A DNA stretch of 38,712 nucleotides from a virus (lineage: Duplodnaviria > Caudoviricetes): the IMG/VR virus record IMGVR_UViG_3300028398_000011, positions 1 to 38,712 of that record, one strand, 5' to 3'. The notes below the pieces were generated by a model, which was not told the DNA's origin, did not search any database, and was given only the letters and a program-made list of their open reading frames with translations. Below, piece by piece: positions 8,632 through 16,611 of this stretch (position 1 is the stretch's first letter; every line of letters starts with the position of its first letter). The translations under genes were made by a program, and so were the position numbers.

Positions 8632-8665
8632 ATTATACAATATATTAACTTAAAGTAAACTTAAA
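8632..8665 (-). promoter_or_regulatory. Campylobacterota-type sigma70 promoter for the ssb-polA operon
   Basis: Minus strand TTTAAGTTTACTTTAAGTTAATATATTG-TATAAT; same upstream motif as the duplicated early promoters. Confidence 0.7.
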
Positions 8666-8783
8666 CACTTAATATAATGCTATCTCTAACCAATCTTGCA
8701 TAATCTTTAACAGGAACCTCAACCTTATCCTCTTCACTCAGGCTTTGTATAAAACCATCTACATCTATGAACTTACTTTCCAT
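8661..8783 (-). CDS. small hypothetical protein (40 aa)
   Basis: Below the ORF-track cutoff; AGAGGAG RBS then MESKFIDVDGFIQSLSEEDKVEVPVKDYARLVRDSIILSV*. Confidence 0.6.
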   Translation of the reverse strand: MESKFIDVDGFIQSLSEEDKVEVPVKDYARLVRDSIILSV

Positions 8784-8835
8784 TTTTATAACTCCTCTAT
8801 TAAAATTGTCTCTCCTGAACGGACATTTATTTACT

Positions 8836-9051
8836 TTATTTGCCTATTATATGGATAAGCTTTATTTTCTTTAATTTCTTTAACTGCTCTAAGTTTTTTA
8901 ATATTTTAGTTGCTATCTTTATTTCTTCATCATCACAACACCTAAGTTGTTTAGTGCAACATACCCAACTACTAGATAAGATAGGTTTCATCTTATACTC
9001 ATATCTTTTTTTACCACATATGATACAAGTGTGTCTTCTCCTCTTTAACAT
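8836..9051 (-). CDS. small putative zinc-finger protein (paralog of 1167-1403)
   Basis: RHTCIICGKKRYE...SWVCC...CC; GGAG RBS. Confidence 0.7.
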   Translation of the reverse strand: MLKRRRHTCIICGKKRYEYKMKPILSSSWVCCTKQLRCCDDEEIKIATKILKNLEQLKKLKKIKLIHIIGK

Positions 9052-9545
9052 TGGTTATCTCCTAATAAATCTTTAAAACTTATTTTATCTTCACTATATA
9101 ACTTCAGCATTTCACAAGTTATCATCTTACCTATTCCTCTTCTCATAATTATTTCGTTAATTATGACCATAAACTCCCTTATATTAATTTGTGAAACTTC
9201 TCTTTTAGTATATCTCTTAAACTCATAAAACTCTCCGTCTTCAAATTTTATTCTTTTATTCCCTACATCAAATCCAGATAATATACTGTAGATACCTACA
9301 TTCTCATATCGTCCATTAATCTCACTATTATTTGATTTGATTTCAATATTTAGTTTATCTTTGGCATATTCAAGTATAATTTTACCACTCCCAATAAATA
9401 TATTTTTCCGTATGGTGCAATTATTTACATATTCAGTATCCATAATATCCTTTTTGTTTTTCAACAAATAGTCTATTACCTCTTTTACTCTCATATTTCT
9501 TGTCTTATCAATTAATTCATCCGTTATCTCTTCAAATGTTTTCAT
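9045..9545 (-). CDS. hypothetical protein
   Basis: ATGA-coupled to the prim-pol gene; GGAG RBS. Confidence 0.65.
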   Translation of the reverse strand: MKTFEEITDELIDKTRNMRVKEVIDYLLKNKKDIMDTEYVNNCTIRKNIFIGSGKIILEYAKDKLNIEIKSNNSEINGRYENVGIYSILSGFDVGNKRIKFEDGEFYEFKRYTKREVSQINIREFMVIINEIIMRRGIGKMITCEMLKLYSEDKISFKDLLGDNQC

Positions 9546-11911
9546 TTCTTATCTCCTAATAAATCTTTAACACATTCAATATTACTCATTCCTCTGAGAC
9601 ATCTTGTTCTTAACAATAACCTATCCTGTAGCTTACAGACAAGCTCATTAGGTAGTTTAACAAATTGACATATGTTCCCTCTCTCTAAGGAGCTCCTAAC
9701 CGTAGCCACACCATACTTAATTAAGTTAGATGTTGATAAAGCGTGGTTTGTAAGCTCTCTCCCTTTATAAGTTAAACTACCTCTACTAACATAAGGAACT
9801 CGTGCCTCTCCACCTTTAGTTATAATAAAGCTAAACCCATACCCTAATGCTCTCTCTAATAGAGTCATTGCTGTATCATTATCCATATCATTAAATGATG
9901 TTATTACATAGGCTAGAGTTGCTTCTGGTTCTTCATCCATTCTACTAGCTACCTTATCTTTAAATAAATTAGATATAGTGGAGTCATTCCAGTAAACAGC
10001 ATCAAAGTATAACTTACTGCTTAAATGTTTTATATCGTTATTCTTCATATTAGATATCTCTAATAATAACTCTGCAAAAGACATAGCTTCTTCTCTAAGC
10101 CTTTCATCTATATTAGCTATCTCCAGTCTAGGAGCATTAAAAGAGCATAAAGATACAAATCTCCTATCAAACATATTCTGTGCCATAGTCTTATACTTAT
10201 TAGAATTGACAATTATAGTAGATAAGTTACGCTCATATGTAGCATTAACTCCCTTTGCCTCAACCCTCATAACGCTATTACCACTTAGTTGTTTTATCCT
10301 ATTTATAATTTTAGGTGACATAGTTCCCTCATCTTCATACAGGAATAAAGAGTTCTTATATTCAGCATTAAAATTAGACTCAAATACTACCTCTTTCACA
10401 CTATCTGTCATATAGTTAAGAAGCTCTGTAAAAATGGATTTACCTGTTCCATAAGAACCAATTAACTGTATCACTATAGGAGAGTAGTCCAAAGTGGTTA
10501 ATTTTTTAGATAAGAATAATAGTAATTTGGATATAATTAATTGTTGTTCCTCGGCGTGGTCATATGTTATATTATACAGCAAATCCCTGATAGTAGGCAT
10601 ATCGTCCCATTTAATCTCAAGCATCTTCTCCTTTTTACCTTTGTAAGAGTTATACGCCGAAGCAACACTAACTCTTTTTTTATCTATCTTAGGCTTAGAA
10701 AAAAGAAGCATTTCTAATTCAGGTGGGTGATTTATTATATTATACACATAACTAAACTCTTTTAAACCAAGACCTACAGGCATAGTTTTATCTTCTATTA
10801 CTTGTATAGTTCTAACAGAATTTAAATTATCATTTTTAAAATCCCTAAGTTGTTTACCGTTAAAAACTGCCTTAACATTCTGAGACATTATAAATCTTTT
10901 TAAAGCTGTAAAAGAGGGAATAACGACAACTTTCTCCTCTCTAATAACTATATATGTATCTTCTAATGTTCTATATAAAGGATACAAAGGCGATTTATTC
11001 TCACTAATAAGTATAACATTTTTAGTTGCATTCTTATCATAAACAAATACAGGACTACCATCTGGATATCTCTGTGTAGTTAAATTAGATAAAAATGCTT
11101 TCAACCTAGATTTACTTAAAGGGTCGTCCCACAACTCCCTAGCTATTAAGCTAATAAATCTTTTATGTAGTTCAGGAGAAACACTAATGTCTCCAGCCAA
11201 TTTAGCACTAATGGCTTGTAAATAAGCTATGCCTAAGCCATCTGGTATCTTATTAGGGTGTAGTTCAGGTTCTGTATATTGTCTATACTTTGCTGGAGTC
11301 AATATAGAGAATATATTATATAAGTATTTAAAATCTTTAGTAGTTTCAAATAACTCCATTTTCTCCTCTAGCTCATCCTTTAGCATATAGTGTAATATAT
11401 TAGTAGAGTCTTTTATTGCTGGTTCAATAGCACTTTTATCTACCTTACTCTCTAGGTATCTTAACACCTTTTTAGGCATTTTAGTTATCTTGTCTAAAGA
11501 ACCTTGTTTAATACTTTTAGTGGTATTATATTTATTAGGAGTAAAAACTAAAGACTTACCTATTAATATATCAATTGCATTTGCTAACCTAGTTCTATTT
11601 TTGGTAAAAAATTTCTTAGGGACTTTATAATAAAAATGTGCTGTGCCATTATCACTTTTAACTATATAGTCCTTTTTACCTACTAACTTCATAAGCTCTT
11701 TGGTATGTCTTTTTGTATCAACATCTATAACAACAATGTCTCCATCAGGTCGTATTAAATAATTAATATCTCCCTTTATAACATCATCTACAGTTAGCTC
11801 CGACTTCTTATTCTGCCAATCCTCTGGTAACTTAGGAACTTCTTTCCCATCATAAACTTTTTTACCTTTTTTATTTCTACTAATCTCTTGGTTATACTTC
11901 AATAAGGTCAT
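9542..11911 (-). CDS. primase-polymerase (AEP) fused to SF3 helicase, NrS-1 polymerase-like architecture
   Basis: N-terminal VVIDVD and GTAHFYY prim-pol motifs; C-terminal Walker A GSYGTGKS, Walker B LYEDE, IKQLSG...RVEAKG, IVNSN, DRRF. Confidence 0.88.
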   Translation of the reverse strand: MTLLKYNQEISRNKKGKKVYDGKEVPKLPEDWQNKKSELTVDDVIKGDINYLIRPDGDIVVIDVDTKRHTKELMKLVGKKDYIVKSDNGTAHFYYKVPKKFFTKNRTRLANAIDILIGKSLVFTPNKYNTTKSIKQGSLDKITKMPKKVLRYLESKVDKSAIEPAIKDSTNILHYMLKDELEEKMELFETTKDFKYLYNIFSILTPAKYRQYTEPELHPNKIPDGLGIAYLQAISAKLAGDISVSPELHKRFISLIARELWDDPLSKSRLKAFLSNLTTQRYPDGSPVFVYDKNATKNVILISENKSPLYPLYRTLEDTYIVIREEKVVVIPSFTALKRFIMSQNVKAVFNGKQLRDFKNDNLNSVRTIQVIEDKTMPVGLGLKEFSYVYNIINHPPELEMLLFSKPKIDKKRVSVASAYNSYKGKKEKMLEIKWDDMPTIRDLLYNITYDHAEEQQLIISKLLLFLSKKLTTLDYSPIVIQLIGSYGTGKSIFTELLNYMTDSVKEVVFESNFNAEYKNSLFLYEDEGTMSPKIINRIKQLSGNSVMRVEAKGVNATYERNLSTIIVNSNKYKTMAQNMFDRRFVSLCSFNAPRLEIANIDERLREEAMSFAELLLEISNMKNNDIKHLSSKLYFDAVYWNDSTISNLFKDKVASRMDEEPEATLAYVITSFNDMDNDTAMTLLERALGYGFSFIITKGGEARVPYVSRGSLTYKGRELTNHALSTSNLIKYGVATVRSSLERGNICQFVKLPNELVCKLQDRLLLRTRCLRGMSNIECVKDLLGDKK

Positions 11912-12197
11912 CTACAATCCCCTTTACTATTGCCCATTTTAAAAAGATAATTAGTCTATACCTATAATCATCTCTATCTTTCTTTATCCACTCGTCTTGA
12001 GTTCTAATGGGAATACCTAGTTGCTCTACAAATTTTCTTCTAGCATCTGGCATTATATCGAAGTCTATCCTTTGTGCATCTTTAAAAGAAACCCTTTTTG
12101 CAGTCTCTATTAAATTTTTACGCATTCCAAGTCTATCCCATTTTAAAAAAAGATACACTGGTAAATTCGTAACCTTATTAAACTCTCTAGCATCCAT
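11892..12197 (-). CDS. hypothetical protein (first gene of the leftward operon)
   Basis: AAAAGGAC RBS before ATG 12197 (MDAREF...); the ORF-track start at 12227 lies within the promoter. Confidence 0.65.
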   Translation of the reverse strand: MDAREFNKVTNLPVYLFLKWDRLGMRKNLIETAKRVSFKDAQRIDFDIMPDARRKFVEQLGIPIRTQDEWIKKDRDDYRYRLIIFLKWAIVKGIVDDLIEV

Positions 12198-12216
12198 ATA
12201 AGTCCTTTTTAGTAGA

Positions 12217-12249
12217 ATTATACCCATATAATATTAAATAAGGCTTAAA
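12217..12249 (-). promoter_or_regulatory. leftward sigma70-type promoter
   Basis: Minus strand TTTAAGCCTTATTTAATATTATATGGG-TATAAT just upstream of the RBS. Confidence 0.6.
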
Positions 12250-12251
12250 CG

Positions 12252-12343
12252 AAAACTTCGTAGTCCTATGTAGCAAAACTTCGTAGTCCTATGTAGCAAA
12301 ACTTCGTAGTCCTATGTAGCAAAACTTCGTAGTCCTATGTAGC
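12252..12343. repeat. 23-bp perfect tandem repeat x4 (AAAACTTCGTAGTCCTATGTAGC), iteron-like
   Basis: Copies at 12252, 12275, 12298 and 12321. Confidence 0.95.
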
Positions 12344-12387
12344 ATTATATAAATATGGTCACTAATTTGTTAATAAGCTTACTTGGT

Positions 12388-12536
12388 ATCTATCTATTAT
12401 CTATTATCTATCTATCTATCTATTATCTATCTATCTATTATCTATCTATCTATTATCTATCTATCTATTATCTATTATCTATTATCTATTATCTATTATC
12501 TATTATCTATTATCTATTATCTATCTATCTATCTAT
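12388..12536. repeat. compound (TATC)/(TATTATC) microsatellite
   Basis: Read directly from the sequence. Confidence 0.95.
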
Positions 12537-12728
12537 CTGGTAGGTTATATCTATGTAGCATTATATAAATAGGTTAGTTATATCTATCTGGTAGGTTATA
12601 TCTATGTAGCATTATATAAATAGGTTAGTTATATCTGGTAGGTTATATCTATGTAGCATTATATAAATAGGTTAGTTATATCTGGTAGGTTATATCTATG
12701 TAGCATTATATAAATAGGTTAGTTATAT
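12537..12728. repeat. 47-bp tandem repeat x4 (CTGGTAGGTTATATCTATGTAGCATTATATAAATAGGTTAGTTATAT)
   Basis: Copies at 12537 (followed by an extra CTAT), 12588, 12635 and 12682. Confidence 0.95.
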
Positions 12729-12863
12729 CTATTATCTATTATCTATTATCTATTATCTATTATCTATTATCTATTATCTATTATCTATTATCTATCTGGT
12801 AGGTTATATCTATCTGGTAGGTTATATCTATCTGGTAGGTTATATCTATCTGGTAGGTTATAT
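12729..12863. repeat. (CTATTAT)n followed by 18-bp repeat x4 (CTATCTGGTAGGTTATAT)
   Basis: 7-mer run 12729-12791; 18-mers at 12792, 12810, 12828 and 12846. Confidence 0.95.
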
Positions 12864-12936
12864 CTCTATTGATATTTAAGTTTACTTTAAGGTTATTATA
12901 GTATAATTACACTATATTAAATAATAAAAGGAGTCA
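12861..12936 (+). promoter_or_regulatory. early promoter + RBS, copy 1
   Basis: TTTAAGTTTACTTTAAGGTTATTATAG-TATAAT...AAGGAG; near-identical to 13325-13400. Confidence 0.8.
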
Positions 12937-12939
12937 CAG

Positions 12940-13317
12940 ATGAAAAAATTAAGCGTAGAGGTAACTCAAGTGAGTAATAAAGATAAGAGTATAATTAGCC
13001 AAAGTAATATTAAAATTAGAGTCAATGGTAAATTTATAGAAAATGATATTGTAAAAATAATAGATAATTCTATAGATAAAAATAAAAGTGTAACTTATAA
13101 AATCTATATATACTATGGAAAAGTATATATAGATATAAAATATAAATCTGGTGTAACTAAAGAGTATAAGCTAGGAATTTCACAAATTGACCCTAGCTCG
13201 AGTATTAAAAGTATTAAGAACAAACTAGAGACATTAAGGGATTTTATTATGCAAGTAGAGAATGAGGTAGCAGAAGCACATAAATATACAAATAATTATC
13301 TAATAGAGATAAATTAA
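12940..13317 (+). CDS. hypothetical early protein
   Basis: AAGGAG RBS directly after the promoter. Confidence 0.75.
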   Translation: MKKLSVEVTQVSNKDKSIISQSNIKIRVNGKFIENDIVKIIDNSIDKNKSVTYKIYIYYGKVYIDIKYKSGVTKEYKLGISQIDPSSSIKSIKNKLETLRDFIMQVENEVAEAHKYTNNYLIEIN

Positions 13318-13324
13318 ATATCTC

Positions 13325-13400
13325 TATCTCTATTGATATTTAAGTTTACTTTAAGGTTATTATAGTATAATTACACTATATAAATAATAAAAAGGAGTCA
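13325..13400 (+). promoter_or_regulatory. early promoter + RBS, copy 2
   Basis: ~76-bp duplicate of 12861-12936. Confidence 0.8.
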
Positions 13401-13403
13401 AAG

Positions 13404-13934
13404 ATGACTATGAGTGTGGATTTTTTAAGAGGTTTTTTTTATGGTGCAGGAAGTTTAGATATTAAATTTGTATTTGATACTCTTGAAGAGTATGAATTAA
13501 GTTTTAATGATATTGTAGATGATGTTTACGATGATGAAACACAAACATATAATAGAGATATAAACGATTTTATAGTCGCAATATTCGAGACTATAAGAGA
13601 CATAAAAAAAGAGGCAGTAAAAGAGAGGTTAGAGGAGCTAGAGGAAGAGCTAGAGGAGGAGCTAGAGGCAGTAAAAGAGAGATTAGAGGAGTTAGAGGAA
13701 GAGGCAGAAAAAGAGCTAGAGGAAGAGCTAGAGGAAGAGCTAGAGGAAGAGCTAGAAGAGCTAGAAGAGTTAAAAGATGATATAAACGAATTACTAGAAG
13801 AGTTAGAGGAGTTAGACATACCTATTTATGCTAACTACTTAGACAGTTTCTTAAATCACAGTATTGACGATTTAGAGGTAGAAGACATTAAAAAATTGTC
13901 TATAGAAGAAATAAGAAAACTAATAAGGGAATAA
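13404..13934 (+). CDS. extremely acidic early protein with ELEE repeats
   Basis: About 65 of 176 residues are D/E; 12-nt GAGCTAGAGGAA repeats; own promoter and RBS. Confidence 0.75.
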   Translation: MTMSVDFLRGFFYGAGSLDIKFVFDTLEEYELSFNDIVDDVYDDETQTYNRDINDFIVAIFETIRDIKKEAVKERLEELEEELEEELEAVKERLEELEEEAEKELEEELEEELEEELEELEELKDDINELLEELEELDIPIYANYLDSFLNHSIDDLEVEDIKKLSIEEIRKLIRE

Positions 13935-13935
13935 T

Positions 13936-14466
13936 ATGACTATAGACGAGTTAAGGGCAATAGTTAAGGTATTCCCTGCTATTACAAGCAGGGAACTATT
14001 AAGATTAAAATTAAAGGATAAGATTATGAGTAAATTACTATATACACTAGATAGCAATAACTACAGTTATGAAGAGTGGGACGATGAATTAGATACACTA
14101 AAAGAAAATTTTAGTAATGACTTATTATTAACAGGTAATGCTGGTCTATGGTGTGGTAACCGTGAGTTAGAACCACAAAAAGTAGCAGGATTTGAAGAGT
14201 TTCTAAATCTTAAAGCAGATTTTGACTCTATGGAAATAGAAGTATATGAGAATAGAATAGAATTTGTAGGACATCATCACGACGGTAGCAACTTCTACAG
14301 ATTAGAGAAGATGGAGAGCTTAACAAATAAAGAGTTAAGAGATTTCCTAAAGGATAATGTTGAATTAGATGAGATAAATGAGTTCCTAAAAGATGGATGG
14401 CTTACCACATTAAGTAAAGCACCTAAGATTGCTTTGGTTGATGCGATAAATGAATTAATAGATTAA
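13936..14466 (+). CDS. acidic hypothetical early protein (possible second start at 14026)
   Basis: GGGA RBS at the first ATG; AAGGA RBS before the internal MSKLLY. Confidence 0.7.
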   Translation: MTIDELRAIVKVFPAITSRELLRLKLKDKIMSKLLYTLDSNNYSYEEWDDELDTLKENFSNDLLLTGNAGLWCGNRELEPQKVAGFEEFLNLKADFDSMEIEVYENRIEFVGHHHDGSNFYRLEKMESLTNKELRDFLKDNVELDEINEFLKDGWLTTLSKAPKIALVDAINELID

Positions 14467-14476
14467 GGATATTATT

Positions 14477-14605
14477 ATGAAAAAATTTATAAAGATAATA
14501 GACTTGATATTCTATTCAGCGTTTTATTTAGGAATATTAACCGTCTTATTTGCAATTAATCCAATTTTAGGATGGATTTTTATTGTATTATTCATATTTG
14601 GCTAA
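14477..14605 (+). CDS. small membrane protein (42 aa, ~2 TM)
   Basis: Below the cutoff; AAGGA RBS; MKKFIKIIDLIFYSAFYLGILTVLFAINPILGWIFIVLFIFG*. Confidence 0.65.
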   Translation: MKKFIKIIDLIFYSAFYLGILTVLFAINPILGWIFIVLFIFG

Positions 14606-14623
14606 TATAAATCTATTAGCCAA

Positions 14624-14625
<2 letters not shown>
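14596..14625 (+). terminator. hairpin ending the early cassette
   Basis: ATTTGGCTAATA-TAAATC-TATTAGCCAAAT perfect 12-bp stem; no clear U-tract. Confidence 0.55.
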
Positions 14626-14785
<160 letters not shown>

Positions 14786-15008
14786 TTAGCCTTATTCGTG
14801 TGAGATGTAACATAATCTATGACATATTTACTTATGGTTAATCTAAATATTGGAGTGGTGAGGGAGTAAGTGAAGTTTAGTAGGTTTGACTCAACTTCAT
14901 ATTAATAAGTGATTGTTAAGCTATGGTAAATAAAAAAGTGAAAAAAAAGTGTGAAAGTAGCTAAAATCAAATATAAGCAATACTTATATCATACAATTTT
15001 TGACCAAT

Positions 15009-15731
15009 TGCATACATTCAGCTAACTTTAAGGTTAGGAGAACCGTTTAATTAAGTCGTGGTTAAGGGAGTGGTTTTTCTTTAAGATTACTTTAAGGTTA
15101 GAGAGGGATTTTTGACATTAAAATAACATTAATTAGAGAAATTGAGAGAGAAATGAGTTATAAATTTTTTTTATGTAGTAGTTTTGCATACATTTTTGGA
15201 CTTGACAGTAAAATGACATTATTTTGGTTAAGTAAAGGTTTATAAATGGTGTCTCAGCTAGGATTTTGATGACATAAAAAAGACATAAAAAATTTTTTTC
15301 TCAATTGCATACATTTTGGCATTTTTTTATTTTTGAATTGTTAGCTGAGAGGTTAAATGTTAAGTATAGGTTACTAGAATAAAGTTAGAGTGCCACTTTT
15401 TTGACAAGTGTAACATTTTAGGTCTAATTGCATACATTTTGAGAAAAAAGGGCTCTTTTTGCATACATTTTGAAAATTGATTTTTATGTCATCTTGACAC
15501 TAATGTATGAGATTTGGATTTGTTAAGTAATGGTTTACTAATTGCATAGAATGTTTACATAAGTTTTGCTTATTGCATACAAATTGAAACATTTTTGATT
15601 TTATGCTACCGTAAAAGCGAAGTATTTACAATGTATGCAAAAATGTATGCAAATGGGTAATTTCATTATATTTTTTTATTTTTTTAAAAGGTCTCATTTT
15701 CTTACTTTGAATGTATAGAAATGCATACATT
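15009..15731. repeat. dispersed TGCATACATT motif cluster in a 1.55-kb non-coding region
   Basis: Direct copies at 15009, 15185, 15306, 15429, 15460 and 15722; inverted at 15630 and 15642; variants at 15543, 15574 and 15711. Confidence 0.85.
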
Positions 15732-16152
15732 TTTGCATTATAAATTAAATTGATAGATTAAAGATATTAGACTGCTACATTAGATAATCCACTTCAAAAG
15801 CACTATTTAGGTATCTGGTAGTGTATGTAAAAAGCGTGTATTTTTAGATTACCAAATTAAAATACTACCATAAAACCGTTGTTTTAGCTACATTTTTAAA
15901 TAATATATATTATGTTAACCACCCCATAATACGAGGTTTAAAAATTTAGGCTTTAAAATAGTGTTTAAAAAGACATAAAAGCTTGTTTCTCTCCAAGCTC
16001 TCTTAAATGTATTATATAGGCTTATTATAGGGGTAGGCGTGTTCTGCGAGTGTATAGGGTATTCTCCAAGCCCACGAACCTACCAAGCTTGACCGTCGTA
16101 TAATAGGGAGGGGGTTCTCAAAAAAACTCTTCTATAATTCCTGATAGCACCT

Positions 16153-16310
16153 CCAAAAAAATTTTTCAGAATTTTAATAGGTTATTAACTAACACTTAAT
16201 AAATACACCCAAAAAAAAATTTTTCAGAATTTTAATAGGTTATTAACTAACACTTAATAAATACACCTACACCAATATTTTTAATAAGTTATTAACCAAT
16301 ACTTAATAAA
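16153..16310. repeat. ~58-bp tandem duplication plus a degenerate third copy upstream of terS
   Basis: CCAAAAAAATTTTTCAGAATTTTAATAGGTTATTAACTAACACTTAATAAATACACC twice, then TTTTAATAAGTTATTAACCAATACTTAATAAA. Confidence 0.9.
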
Positions 16311-16353
16311 CACTTGACAACATCTTACAGTAAAGTTATGGTATAATTTTACT

Positions 16354-16611
16354 ATGAAAAAAATTAATCGGATAAAGAAAACAGTATTAAAGGAATTAGA
16401 GAAGAGATTAACTGAGGATGTTTTAACTATTAGAGAGTTAAAAGATATATCGGATATGGCACTAAAAATAGAAGAATCCCTTAAAGGAGCAAAGGATGGT
16501 AGGGAAGCTATAGATATCATTAATACTCTAATAAATAAGTATGAAACAGATACAGGTAATATCAAACCAATTATACCAAGTAACCTAGGTGTATTAGATG
16601 CAAAAAAATAG
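16354..16611 (+). CDS. putative terminase small subunit
   Basis: Small helical protein overlapping the start of terL; assignment is positional only. Confidence 0.5.
   Translation: MKKINRIKKTVLKELEKRLTEDVLTIRELKDISDMALKIEESLKGAKDGREAIDIINTLINKYETDTGNIKPIIPSNLGVLDAKK

Noticed and set aside
12355-12568. ORFs 12355-12543 and 12383-12568 (YLSI repeats)
   Set aside because: Stop-free translations of the TATC/TATTATC microsatellite; no RBS.
12252-12728. 23-bp and 47-bp repeats as a CRISPR or mini-array
   Set aside because: Units are head-to-tail with no unique spacers; no cas genes in the window.
16314-16347. TTGACA...TATAAT as a canonical E. coli-type promoter for terS
   Set aside because: Spacer is 22 bp. 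The TGG-TATAAT extended -10 may still be real (nearly leaderless terS), but the -35 pairing is not supported.
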